Shown: positions 51,501 through 62,750, counted from the stretch's first letter. The stretch: DNA of 64,000 bases from Perna viridis (GCA_037379345.1 CM074513.1:37258885-37322884); one strand, 5' to 3'. Notes: generated by a model from the sequence alone, not told the origin. Numbers and translations are program-made.

Positions 51501-53182
51501 AAAACACCTGGTCACATAAAACATTTAAACGCTTGCTAGCAAATCACAATACCACAGGAGACTTTTTGCACTGTTACAGGATACTGCATCACAATTTTGT
51601 TCTTTTTAAAGGTACAGAAATACAGTGGCTGGCCAAAAGTGTTGGTGCACTAATTATTGGCAAAGATGCAGTCAAAAAGATTGGCCAGGAAAATGCACTG
51701 AAAAAATACTAATATGACATAGTGTTATCCAAGAATAAAATTTAACAAAAGTTAAATAGTAATTTCCCCTTTTGTTAACTTTTATCATCTGCTAAAAATG
51801 GCGCTAAAACGTAAAGATTTGTCACCCAATCAACTCCCTTGTAGCAGGACAAAACATTATTGGAATGCTGAGAATTGGTCATGGACTCAAGGAAGAGTTT
51901 TAGTGACGAGAGTACAATTGAAGTTGGGACCGATGGAAAAGTGTATGTTTGGAGGCAATCTTACGAAGATTTTCATTCTGACTATACAAGGATTGTTCCA
52001 TTAGAAATCCTCTAAATTGTTTTTGGTATGTATTTGGTACTGTGAGGGTCGTACCTTGACTCAAATATAAAGTGTGAGAAATATATCAATATATTAGATG
52101 AAAATTTATGGCCAGTGATTATCACACATTTTCCTAATTCACCATGGATATTACAAGAAGATAATGCACCACACCAGGTTTGGAAACAGACATCTGACTG
52201 GAAAACAGAAAATGAAATATTACCTTGCCATAACCATCTTAAGTTTGTTTGTTTGTATGGATTTAACATCCGAGCAGCAATATTTCAGCTATATTCAGAC
52301 GATGAACATGAAATTGATGATAAAATGAACATGAAATGATGATGAAATGAAAAAGGAATGGGACACAAGGACAATGGGATCGACAAATTTTGATTGCCAC
52401 TGGAAATAGGGAGAGGTGGGTAGGGTCGGGCAATTTAGCCTCCTGTGGCGGAGCCCTATGGTTCCTACTCCGGGAGAATACCGCAGTAGGGTTCTTAAAC
52501 GTGCGAGGAACATGGCATCTTTCCCAACACGGTGCACCACTATGGTTTGCGGTCAGGTTTTCCGTATTATAGCCTGACAACCCCAGCATGTAACACACCA
52601 GGGGTACCCCATTCCACCACCTGGGGCACACATCCCAGTTGCTCTGTGGGCAGACAAGCTTAGCGCTGCTGCAGGCCTATTCTTTTCACACCCGGACCTG
52701 CACTGGGCCATAACCATCTTAAGAGTCCTGACCTTAATGTAATAAAAAATGTGTGGAAAGTCTGATCTGTAAAATTTCTGATCCCACAAAATTTGCCATT
52801 CCAGTCTCAGAAAACACCTTCTTACATCAGGGGAAGGATAAAATCATAATTTTAAATTAACCATGCAGCATATATCATATCTTTTGTGGGTCGGGCAGTC
52901 TGCAACCACAGCCCGCTCGGACAGATTCACGGACAATCTTTTATATATTTACAATACCTAAGTTCAAGCACGTACATTATGCAGAGGCGTATAAAAAGGC
53001 AATAGAATGCAAATAACAGAAATATATGCACAGTGGTCAAGTTCCAATTATTGCCTTACCCGAGCGTAGTGAATATCCGGATTTGTAATAGGCTCTGGAA
53101 CGCTTGACATGCATGCTGATTGTATTTTTACTGCATTATTTATCAGCCTCCTTGAAAATGTCCTCCGTAATAGAGCTGCCAT
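36539..53182 (-). CDS. ALDH2: Mitochondrial aldehyde dehydrogenase, 14 coding exons, ~520 aa: 53060-53182, 49800-49904, 49083-49223, 47960-48039, 43374-43423, 42772-42833, 41948-42076, 41228-41341, 40896-40998, 39451-39635, 38764-38928, 37873-38030, 37312-37426, 36539-36571
   Basis: The exons sum to 1563 nt with GT-AG boundaries. Motifs: [34 protein letters not shown] (catalytic Glu), [11 protein letters not shown] (catalytic Cys triplet as in ALDH2), [31 protein letters not shown] and C-terminal QKNS*. Confidence 0.96.
37404..37602 (-). repeat. 38-bp tandem repeat, 5+ copies, unit = 3' splice site plus first ~23 nt of ALDH2 exon 13
   Basis: Minus-strand unit ..tttaag|ggt(t/g)aactgtta(t/g)gatgtatttga; acceptor AGs at plus-strand 37427, 37465, 37503, 37541 and 37579. 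Confidence 0.95.
40311..40570. repeat. 43-bp near-perfect minisatellite x6 in ALDH2 intron 9
   Basis: gtagttgaaataataacctatcgggtaccagatcatataaact repeated six times, with one substitution in the last copy. Confidence 0.97.
43841..44079 (+). ncRNA. HDV-like self-cleaving ribozyme at the RTE 5' end
   Basis: P1 gtgtgtt (43841-47)/aacacat (44034-40) with G1.U wobble; P3 gcc/ggt around L3 tccccga; GG 44041-42 for P1.1; P4 cttgggt/actcaag; J4/2 gCtaa (C44066); P2 ctccttca/tgaagggg. Confidence 0.85.
44454..47567 (+). CDS. RTE ORF: APE endonuclease plus reverse transcriptase (1037 aa, open but carrying damaging substitutions)
   Basis: [28 protein letters not shown] and SDH (APE); [38 protein letters not shown] and FTYLGS (RT); WIGHTLR..RKRGRPK.TW (RTE C-terminus). 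Confidence 0.95.
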   Translation: MVTETITVKVIPRTRQRLEKEDQTKHRGQQMTRKLMKLFSPKQPTTIGTWNVRTMYQSGKSLQIANKMDRYNIEILGLSKVRWNTAGMTTLSSGHTVIFSGNPNEDDIHDKGVGFMLTKKAKKSLLEWNPISARVISARFDTRFQKTTFIQVYAPTNTADEDDKNDFYNLLQSVVDAVPKRDILIILGDLNAKVGDDRGGREREIGPHGIGQMNENGEMFADFCAINSLVIGGTWFPHKSCHKTTWISPSGDTENQIDHITISRRWRSSLQDVRTKRRADAASDHHLVIGKIKLKLLTIKKRETTKRKFNVEKFKDQKVKENFQITLRNRFSTLLDLDNEEMNNDIDDIWNSTKTAILEACEETVGFIHVKRKKWMSDQTWDTISERREIKEKLMSAKTRQQKKNLQDLYSAKDREVKKSCKRDKRNHAEKLAVEAENACLKGDIKTLYNITRQLSGKISQNENLPVKDKNNNTLTKLEDQLDRWKEHFSEVLNRPPPTNPPILEEGPTLNIETDKITENEVRKALKHLKNGKAAGIDGIPPEALKSMNDTTIQYLLGLLNQIWEKEKIPKDWQKALLVKLPKKGDKSNCNNWRGITLLSIPSKILCSIILQRMKEEIDSKLRDEQARFRQERSCVNQIATLRIIIEQTIEWQSSLYLNFIDFQKAFDSIDHQVLWNILGHYGIPPKIISMIKLLYEEFSCQVIHAGTLTDPFPVTTGVRQGCILSPLLFLIVIDWIATTAYNDPHGIQWTLTSRLEDLEFADDICTLSHRLQDSQHQVNHLEETAKRTGLYINTAKTKAMRIQQNQMDPILVNNQQIENVDKFTYLGSVMSTTGGTDEDVQARKMKALQAFSILKPVWKSRTLRTTTKIKIFNSNVKSVLLYGCETMKSIQVFVNKCLRNILNIRWPEKITNKKLWQRTKQQPIENTIRTRKWKWIGHTLRKNNKNTTKQALDWNPQGQRKRGRPKNNKNTTKQALDWNPQGQRKRERPKNTWRRGLNSELKRVGLTWKNCNTIAQNRSEWRETVVALCPPMDEME
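51623..52860 (+). mobile_element. Decayed, internally deleted Tc1-family transposon (copy 1); right end approximate
   Basis: TA|CAGTGGCTGGCCAAAAGT left TIR; transposase fragments [39 protein letters not shown]...ILQEDNAP and [11 protein letters not shown] (cf. SPDLNPIEN.W). Right TIR not found. Confidence 0.85.
52244..52706 (-). mobile_element. SINE-like non-autonomous retroelement nested in the Tc1 transposase (copy 1)
   Basis: 17-bp TSD gccataaccatcttaag at 52227-52243 and 52707-52723; minus-strand tail ..gctgaaatattgctgctcggatgttaaatccata(caaa)n; GC-richer than the flanks. Confidence 0.88.
53060..53182 (-). CDS. ALDH2: ALDH2 exon 1, proximal copy: mitochondrial presequence [41 protein letters not shown]
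   Basis: ATG in context gaaATGG; Arg-rich N-terminus without acidic residues; VPEP..NPDI.Y resembles the mature ALDH1/2 N-terminus; phase-0 donor GTAAGG fits exon 2. Too short for the ORF track. Confidence 0.9.
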
Positions 53183-53274
53183 TTCTTTCGTTTTAAATCA
53201 AATAAAATTACGAAGAACCTGAGAACATACCAGCTGTGAAAAAAGTTCAAGGTCGATTGCTCACCGCTTGCGTA

Positions 53275-53390
53275 TTTTTTGTTTTGTTTTGTTTTGTTTT
53301 TGGTTTACTGTTGTTCACTTTGTTTTGATTTTCTGATTTAAATTTTTTTTTGTTTTTTTTTTGGTTTTTTTTGTTTTGTTTTGTTTTTTC
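53275..53390. repeat. (GTTTT)n / poly-T low-complexity tract just upstream of ALDH2 exon 1 (duplicate at ~58549-58665)
   Basis: Direct reading. Confidence 0.85.
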
Positions 53391-53725
53391 AAATGCGTAA
53401 TTATTCATTCAAATCTGCCTGCTCTTAGGAGATAATCAACATTGAAAATCCAGTAGATTCTATTGTATTTGAGCGTCATTTACAGAGTTATCTCCCTTAA
53501 TTTTGAAATCTACAGTGCATTCTAAATAATTTTTATCTCCTAAGAGCACGGGTTATATGAAAAACCACATGTTTTTTTCTGTTTACTATGACATTTCAGA
53601 CAAAATATCAAAAATAAAAATATGTAGGCTTTTTACCCATGAATCACATTTTGCATGATCCTTAGTGCTACTTAACATTCCGTAATATCGATTTTTTTAG
53701 CAATTAGCCAAGGGGGGAAAGTTAG

Positions 53726-55195
53726 ATTAGTTTAAACATATTTTATTTGCAAATAAACAAATTTGGATCAGACACGAGTTATTCCAACTCACATGGTCTT
53801 CTCCATACATTGAATATAACACACAATAAAATATTGAACAAAAACGACAAGTGTAGTGTACAGAAATTGATAATTTAAATTTTTACAATAGTAGGTCCAA
53901 ATCACAAAAAAAAGAAAAAAAATCATAATTGGTGTAAAACGTTAATAAGTGATAAAAAATAAGAAAAATGCCAAAGGTATTTTGATCAGTCTAAACAGAA
54001 TCGACCTGAGTGCTGAATAAAATGTTGTATTGTTTTTAAATTTGTCATCATTGCTGGTGTTATCATTTATTGCGCTACCAAATAAAATCATTGTTATTCG
54101 ATCTTCACCAGTATCCGGAAGATTGTCTATATATAAATTGCGTTGTTCTACATACAAAGGATATTCTAGAGAGAAATGAGTACTATCCTCAATAGGCCAG
54201 CCACAGGTGCAAAACCCACTCTGAACAGATCAGCTTTGAGTGTGCTACTCATGTGACGTAGTCTTGTGTGCAAAATATTAAGCTTTCGAGTCCCATGATA
54301 ATAATATGAAGGTGGTTTGAACACGAGGTTCTGATTTCTCAGTAATTGTTTGAAATTGTCTAAGGTTGGCACCTGTCTCAATCGTAGGTCTAAGCGATCC
54401 CACAATCGTATAGCAGATGAAAAGAATGACTTCGAAAAAGTTTCAATACGAGTTTGAGGATAAACATAGTTGGCCTCATTTCTTAAATTATATTGATTGG
54501 TTGTGCCTACAGTAGGTGTTAAACAGTCTTTTATATATGCTGGTATCTTATTATTGTGTACTCTATGGAATAGACACAGTTTACGACTTCGTCGACAATC
54601 TGCTAATGTCTCCCAACAAGTTTCAAAATATAAAGATTCAATACTGGCATTTCTTGGAAGACCGGTTACAAGTCTGCCAGCGTCATTTTGTATTTTATCC
54701 AATTTATTTGCACATTCTGCAGAACATCCATCCCATAGTTCACAAGAATATTCCAGTAATGGTAAAATATAAGTATGATATATCTTATTCAAATTTTATC
54801 TGTTCAGAGTGAACTTGAGCTTTCGTAGAACACCTAACTGTCTTGTTGCATTCAGACACATATAATCAATATGGGTTGACCACTTACAATCCGAAGAAAA
54901 TACTACTCCAAAATGCTTGTGAGTATCAACCATCTCTACTCATTGATAATTAGATTTAATATTGATTGGTTGTTGTATTTCTTGGTTTGTAAAATGTACA
55001 GCCTTGATTTTGGCAGGGTTGAAGTCTACCCTCCAGTCTTAAGACCATTTTTGTAGTTTATCAAGGTCAGAGTTAATGGTATGCTCTATTGTAAATGATT
55101 CTGTGACGAACAGCCTAGTGAGGTATCGTCAGCAAATAATCTAGTAAAACTATTCAAATCATCAGATATATCATTTATAAAATAAAAAATAGTAA
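53726..55195 (-). mobile_element. 3' third of the CR1-type LINE, generated by the tandem duplication
   Basis: Near-identical to 59000-60469; truncated at the duplication junction inside the RT domain (..LLFF). Confidence 0.9.
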
Positions 55196-56898
55196 TTCAT
55201 GATTTTATTTTGGAAGGGGAATTACAGTGTGTGTTTTCAGCCACCTACCCACAAATATCAATAAATCATCAAATAAGACTATCACAATTCAATGAAAAAA
55301 ATGTTATTTATCACTCATGTTTTCCTTTTAGTACATGCTGCTACTGATTTGAGTCTTTTTCAAATAATGTGCCAGCCTACTATATTTTCATGTCTGTCAG
55401 TGACTCATTGAGAGTCTATTTTGGTATTTTACTATTTTGGTATTTTACTATTTTGGATTCAGGTTATATGCTGAAGCATTTGTTGCAATTTAGGTCCACT
55501 GATGTCAGCCTTCAATTATATTGTCAGTTTACCACTATATAAGTGTAAGAAGCCTGGAAAATGATGTTCTAATTGAGAGGTATATTATTAGAATGCTCGT
55601 ATAGTGTAAGTTTTATCAGATTTTTTTCATTCAAAAATTAATCCTAATCTCAAAACAGAGATCTCCCTTGATAGACTGCAGGGATACTTTTGATAATTTT
55701 ACCAATATTGAGGAATGATGAAATTTAAAGTCCCTACCCAACATTATGTATGAAATGTTGATCATTTCTTGAAAGTGCTGAGTCATAGCCAAAAGATTGT
55801 ACAAGCTATAAATCTGATTTAATCATATGGCCTTGAACTATTTTTTATGCTCTGATAATTATCCAACTGAGCTTGTTTTTTTTCTATGGGCTAGTAAACT
55901 TGTAGGAAAAGCAAAATTCACATCTAACTGATTGAACCTAAGCATCGATGCACATCAGTGCATATCCATGACATGAGATGACTGATAGACAACTTAAATA
56001 CTTAACAATCATATGTAATAGGATACTGCTGGGTTTTTCAAAATAAATATAAAGCCCATATTCACAATCAGTTATGTTCTTACATAACACATTGTATTGA
56101 TAACCATGATAGCTAAAAGAAATAAAGAAACTCCACTGGATATTTGGGAGAAGAGTTGGTACAAGTTTTCCTATGAATAAATCTACACTATTAACTATTC
56201 ATTGTTCATATGCTATAATAATACAGACTGATAGTGAAGAAATATTTGATAGATATGAAGTTAAGAAAATGTTTTACTGTGAGACTTGTAGCAAGGCTAT
56301 ATATGGTATTTTCCAGACATTGTTATAAGACTTATCTTATTCACCTGTAATCGATTCAGTTACTGAGTAATTATGAAAAGCATGTATGAACTTGTTGGCT
56401 TGTATTCATCCTATCTAAAGCTTAGATAAGTTTAGAAACAGTTACTGACATTAAAAAAATACAAGGTTAAGGTTACCTTTGAAATAATTTAACATGCAAT
56501 TAAACTAGAAGTTCTAGGTAAACTGGATCGTTACTAATTTAAAGCAAAATATAAATAGTGTATTATACACTTCTATTTAAATAAGTAAATGCTGTGGTTC
56601 TTAACTATGATTCAGAAAATAAAGATGAGTGGATAAAAATTACACTATCATATACTGATATTCAGTGGGTTGAAATTGTTTATTGTGTTGAGTATCATTA
56701 TTGAGTCTGGCTAGAAAAAAAATTCTTCGGCCAACTAATCCAACATTGAAATTAATAACTACAAACTCCCAACAAAAAAACACCTGGTCACATAAAACAT
56801 TTAAACGCTTGCTAGCAAATCACAATACCACAGGAGACTTTTTGCACTGTTACAGGATACTGCATCACAATTTTGTTCTTTTTAAAGGTACAGAAATA

Positions 56899-58134
56899 CA
56901 GTGGCTGGCCAAAAGTGTTGGTGCACTAATTATTGGCAAAGATGCAGTCAAAAAGATTGGCCAGGAAAATGCACTGAAAAAATACTAATATGACATAGTG
57001 TTATCCAAGAATAAAATTTAACAAAAGTTAAATAGTAATTTCCCCTTTTGTTAACTTTTATCATCTGCCAAAAATGGCGCTAAAACGTAAAGATTTGTCA
57101 CCCAATCAACTCCCTTGTAGCAGGACAAAACATTATTGGAATGCTGAGAATTGGTCATGGACTCAAGGAAGAGTTTTAGTGACGAGAGTACAATTGAAGT
57201 TGGGACCGATGGAAAAGTGTATGTTTGGAGGCAATCTTACGAAGATTTTCATTCTGACTATACAAGGATTGTTCCATTAGAAATCCTCTAAATTGTTTTT
57301 GGTATGTATTTGGTACTGTGAGGGTCGTACCTTGACTCAAATATAAAGTGTGAGAAATATATTAATATATTAGATGAAAATTTATGGCCAGTGATTATCA
57401 CACATTTTCCTAATTCACCATGGATATTACAAGAAGATAATGCACCACACCAGGTTTGGAAACAGACTTCTGACTGGAAAACAGAAAATGAAATATTACC
57501 TTGCCATAACCATCTTAAGTTTGTTTGTTTGTATGGATTTAACATCCGAGCAGCAATATTTCAGCTATATTCAGACGATGAACATGAAATTGATGATAAA
57601 ATGAACATGAAATGATGATGAAATGAAAAAGGAATGGGACACAAGGACAATGGGATCGACAAATTTTGATTGCCACTGGAAATAGGGAGAGGTGGGTAGG
57701 GTCGGGCAATTTAGCCTCCTGTGGCGGAGCCCTATGGTTCTTACTCCGGGAGAATACCGCAGTAGGGTTCTTTAACGTGCGAGGAACATGGCATCTTTCC
57801 CAACACGGTGCACCACTATGGTTTGCGGTCAGGTTTTCCGTATTATAGCCTGACAACCCCAGCATGTAACACACCAGGGGTACCCCATTCCACCACCTGG
57901 GGCACACATCCCAGTTGCTCTGTGGGCAGACAAGCTTAGCGCTGCTGCAGGCCTATTCTTTTCACACCCGGACCTGCACTGGGCCATAACCATCTTAAGA
58001 GTCCTGACCTTAATGTAATAAAAAATGTGGAAAGTCTGATCTGTAAAATTTCTGATCCCACAAAATTTGCCATTCCAGTCTCAGAAAACACCTTCTTACA
58101 TCAGGGGAAGGATAAAATCATAATTTTAAATTAA
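56899..58134 (+). mobile_element. Decayed Tc1-family transposon (duplicate copy)
   Basis: Same sequence as 51623-52860 within the second duplication unit. Confidence 0.85.
57520..57982 (-). mobile_element. SINE-like element (duplicate copy)
   Basis: Same element and TSD at +5276. Confidence 0.88.
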
Positions 58135-58333
58135 CCATGCAGCATATATCATATCTTTTGTGGGTCGGGCAGTCTGCAACCACAGCCCGCTCGGACAGAT
58201 TCACGGACAATCTTTTATATATTTACAATACCTAAGTTCAAGCACGTACATTATGCAGAGGCGTATAAAAAGGCAATAGAATGCAAATAACAGAAATATA
58301 TGCACAGTGGTCAAGTTCCAATTATTGCCTTAC

Positions 58334-58456
58334 CCGAGCGTAGTGAATATCCGGATTTGTAATAGGCTCTGGAACGCTTGACATGCATGCTGATTGTATT
58401 TTTACTGCATTATTTATCAGCCTCCTTGAAAATGTCCTCCGTAATAGAGCTGCCAT
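58334..58456 (-). CDS. ALDH2: ALDH2 exon 1, distal duplicate copy
   Basis: Same sequence as 53060-53182, including ATG and GTAAGG donor, inside the second unit of the tandem duplication. Confidence 0.85.
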
Positions 58457-58999
58457 TTCTTTCGTTTTAAATCAAATAAAATTACGAAGAACCTGAGAAC
58501 ATACCAGCTGTGAAAAAAGTTCAAGGTCGATTGCTCACCGCTTGCGTATTTTTTGTTTTGTTTTGTTTTGTTTTTGGTTTACTGTTGTTCACTTTGTTTT
58601 GATTTTCTGATTTAAATTTTTTTTTGTTTTTTTTTTGGTTTTTTTTGTTTTGTTTTGTTTTTTTCAAATGCGTAATTATTCATTCAAATCTGCCTGCTCT
58701 TAGGAGATAATCAACATTGAAAATCCAGTAGATTCTATTGTATATGAGCGTCATTTACAGAGTTATCTCCCTTAATTTTGAAATCTACAGTGCATTCTAA
58801 ATAATTTTTATCTCCTAAGAGCACGGGTTATATGAAAAACCACATGTTTTTTTCTGTTTACTATGACATTTCAGACAAAATATCAAAAATAAAAATATGT
58901 AGGCTTTTTACCCATGAATCACATTTTGCATGATCCTTAGTGCTACTTAACATTCCGTAATATCGAATTTTTTAGCAATTAGCCAAGGGGGGAAAGTTA

Positions 59000-61900
59000 G
59001 ATTAGTTTAAACATATTTTATTTGCAAATAAACAAATTTGGATCAGACACGAGTTATTCCAACTCACATGGTCTTCTCCATACATTGAATATAACACACA
59101 ATAAAATATTGAACAAAAACGACAAGTGTAGTGTACAGAAATTGATAATTTAAATTTTTACAATAGTAGGTCCAAATCACAAAAAAAAGAAAAAAATCAT
59201 AATTGGTGTAAAACGTTAATAAGTGATAAAAAATAAGAAAAATGCCAAAGGTATTTTGATCAGTCTAAACAGAATCGACCTGAGTGCTGAATAAAATGTT
59301 GTATTGTTTTTAAATTTGTCATCATTGCTGGTGTTATCATTTATTGCGCTACCAAATAAAATCATTGTTATTCGATCTTCACCAGTATCCGGAAGATTGT
59401 CTATATATAAATTGCGTTGTTCTACATACAAAGGATATTCTAGAGAGAAATGAGTACTATCCTCAATAGGCCAGCCACAGGTGCAAAACCCACTCTGAAC
59501 AGATCAGCTTTGAGTGTGCTACTCATGTGACGTAGTCTTGTGTGCAAAATATTAAGCTTTCGAGTCCCATGATAATAATATGAAGGTGGTTTGAACACGA
59601 GGTTCTGATTTCTCAGTAATTGTTTGAAATTGTCTAAGGTTGGCACCTGTCTCAATCGTAGGTCTAAGCGATCCCACAATCGTATAGCAGATGAAAAGAA
59701 TGACTTCGAAAAAGTTTCAATACGAGTTTGAGGATAAACATAGTTGGCCTCATTTCTTAAATTATATTGATTGGTTGTGCCTACAGTAGGTGTTAAACAG
59801 TCTTTTATATATGCTGGTATCTTATTATTGTGTACTCTATGGAATAGACACAGTTTACGACTTCGTCGACAATCTGCTAATGTCTCCCAACAAGTTTCAA
59901 AATATAAAGATTCAATACTGGCATTTCTTGGAAGACCGGTTACAAGTCTGCCAGCGTCATTTTGTATTTTATCCAATTTATTTGCACATTCTGCAGAACA
60001 TCCATCCCACAGTTCACAAGAATATTCCAGTAATGGTAAAATATAAGTATGATATATCTTATTCAAATTTTATCTGTTCAGAGTGAACTTGAGCTTTCGT
60101 AGAACACCTAACTGTCTTGTTGCATTCAGACACATATAATCAATATGGGTTGACCACTTACAATCCGAAGAAAATACTACTCCAAAATGCTTGTGAGTAT
60201 CAACCATCTCTACTCATTGATAATTAGATTTAATATTGATTGGTTGTTGTATTTCTTGGTTTGTAAAATGTACAGCCTTGATTTTGGCAGGGTTGAAGTC
60301 TACCCTCCAGTCTTAAGACCATTTTTGTAGTTTATCAAGGTCAGAGTTAATGGTATGCTCTATTGTAAATGATTCTGTGACGAACAGCCTAGTGAGGTAT
60401 CGTCAGCAAATAATCTAGTAAAACTATTCAAATCATCAGATATATCATTTATAAAATAAAAAATAGTAAGGGTCCAGGAACAGAATCTTGCGGAACTCCC
60501 GCGTTGATAAAAGACTCAGATGACATAGAATTGTTAACAAAGACCTTCTGTCGTCTTTTATATAAATAGCTTTGAAGCCATAAAAGTACGTTATGGTTAA
60601 TTCCATATGATCTAAGCTTTATTATTAACCCCTTATGCCATACCTTATCAAATGCCTTCGACATATCACAGAACACTACACAAGTATTATATCTTGTTTA
60701 GAGCTTCACATATCTTATGATAAATCTCAGTCAGTTGATGGACTGTGCTGTGCCCAGCCATGAAACCTGACTGAAATTTATATAACAATGAGTTTGAATT
60801 AGATAGTTGTAAAGGTACTTATATACTACTCTCTAAAAAACCTTTCCGATGCAGCTTAATAACGCAATCGGTCGATAATTAGAAGTCAGGGACTTCTCCC
60901 CCTTTTTAAAGGAAGGCGTAACTGAGGCAAGCTTCCAAAACTCCGGAAACACCTCTGTCGATAATGATTTATTAAAGAGTATATGTAATGGGACCGATAT
61001 ACTATCAGCAGTGTACTTGAGCATATGGTGACTAATACAATCATGTCCTGACGCCTTACCCATTTTCAGGACTTTTAGCACATCTAGAACGTTTTTCTAT
61101 TAACTATAATGTCGTTTAGTGATTAGTCAGTTCTAGGTGCAAATTCTGGAGTTGCTCTATTTGCATCTTTATTTGTAGAAATCGAACAAAAATATCGGTT
61201 AAGGAGGTCAGACCTGGATTCGTCATCAACGACAAGTTCGTTTCTAGTTGAATCGTGAAGTGCTGGTATATGGGTAAATGATCCCGAGCCTTTCATGATC
61301 TTCATAACTAAACCCCAGAATGTCTTTGGGCTAGAACTGGCATTAAGCATGTCATCTACGCTTAAGAAAATTGTTCCTTAGCGTATTTGATCATGTTAGT
61401 GACCTTATCACGTTGCCTTTTGTAATTTTGAATAGCAATATCAGTTTTGCTATTTATCGCCTTGTCGTGTAATCGGTCATGTTTTTTATCTCACTACGCA
61501 GTTCAGAATTAAACCACTGTTTATCGTCTGGGCGAATAGTTACCTCCTTTGACGGTATATGTCGTTTATATATCTCAATAATTTTGTTGGAGAATTCAGT
61601 ACACATCAGATCGATGTTGTTACCCATATTATTGATATATTCCACCCAATCGATCGAGTTGATAATATCGTTAATCGCATTAAAATGCTTGTATAACCAC
61701 ACCGCTTGGTGCATGAATTATTAAGTCTTTGATGTATCTTCAAAAGCAATTGTGTAGCTTGATGGTCACTGATAGATCTGTCAACATCAACGACTTCATC
61801 AAGCTGCAAATCACAGTTAGGAGATACAATAACTGGGTCTAGAAGAGTTCCCTGCACATTAACATGATAGCGCGTTGCCTCATTTATATAATTAGGAATG

Positions 61901-62750
61901 TTATAGATCTCCATGATGTCCTTCAATATGTTCTTATTCTCTGATAATAAGTTCACGTTAAGGTCACCAGTAATAACGATATTTGGCGTGTAATTCAAGG
62001 CCTGTTCAATTGATATTTGGAAGTGTTCCCAAAAGGGATTTGTAGTTCCCTGTGTTCGATAGACAGCACGTAGTATCAACTTAAAACGAGGAAAGCAAAC
62101 TTCAAGCCATATAAGCTCTCTGTTAGGAAATTCTAGATCATCACGATGAATTACTGTAAGCTCATCCGCAATATACACTAAGACACCGCCCCCATGTCAA
62201 TTTCGATCTTTGCGGATAAGGTTGTTAGAAAAACCGGTCATATGAATATCATCAAATGGGATTCTTCCATCTAAGTGGGTTTCAGTAATACATAAGATCG
62301 ATGCTCCATGAACTAGGCTTCCAACGTAAGAAAGCTTGTGCCTTAAGCTCCTAATATCAATATGCATGATCGCGAGATGGTTATCAACATGGGGACCCGG
62401 ATTTTCACTGACGTCACTGACGTCATTGCTGAGCAGTAAAAGAATCACTAGTATAAGTATGTAACAATGTTCTTAGTGAATGACTCAAAAATGTATCTGT
62501 GATATGCAAAGAGAAGTGATTTTAAGGCTAAAATTAGGATTCCTAGAAACAAAAATGGTATATTGTATGTCCTGTATCTGTATATATACACAGACCTCGT
62601 CCGGACACGAGAATAGACTTTGTCATAAAACAAGTCTATCGCTGAGCGATATAAGTTTATATCACTACCCGTAATCAAACATGAAAGCATGTAGTCGCTC
62701 CACGTCATAGACTGTCATGTGGCAAAGAACAACGCAAGCAGATTAAAAAA
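59000..62750 (-). mobile_element. Near full-length, decayed CR1/L2-group LINE (APE + RT; frameshifts and stops); 5' end approximate
   Basis: Fragments: CITETHL, DRN..GGGV, TGDLNVN, TLLDPV, ISDH (APE); NYRPIALLSCIGKVF, FCDMSKAFDKVWH.GL, GVPQDSVPGPLLF, LFADDTS, HKHFGV (RT); 3' end aataaaatatgtttaaact. Confidence 0.92.

Larger units (their letters stand above)
49918..60469. repeat. Tandem segmental duplication, two units of ~5.28 kb (49918-55193; 55194-60469)
   Basis: Duplicated ORF sets at offsets 5276 and 5274; about ten differences seen by eye; junction agt[aa]ttcat with 2-bp microhomology. Confidence 0.97.

Noticed and set aside
52263-52789. Overlapping 60-122 aa ORFs (duplicated at 57539-57907)
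   Set aside because: They arise from the GC-richer SINE-like insert; no recognisable protein features.
53108-53110. Second in-frame ATG (MSSVPEP) as the start of a cytosolic ALDH isoform
   Set aside because: The first ATG has a strong context (purine at -3, G at +4) and the second a weak one; nothing in the sequence supports a downstream start site.
55120-55200. Chimeric mitochondrially targeted RT from splicing distal exon 1 to cryptic AGs after the duplication junction
   Set aside because: Exon 1 ends in phase 0; the nearest AGs (gaatag, actag) are out of the RT frame and reach stops within a few codons, and the RT fragment is itself disrupted.
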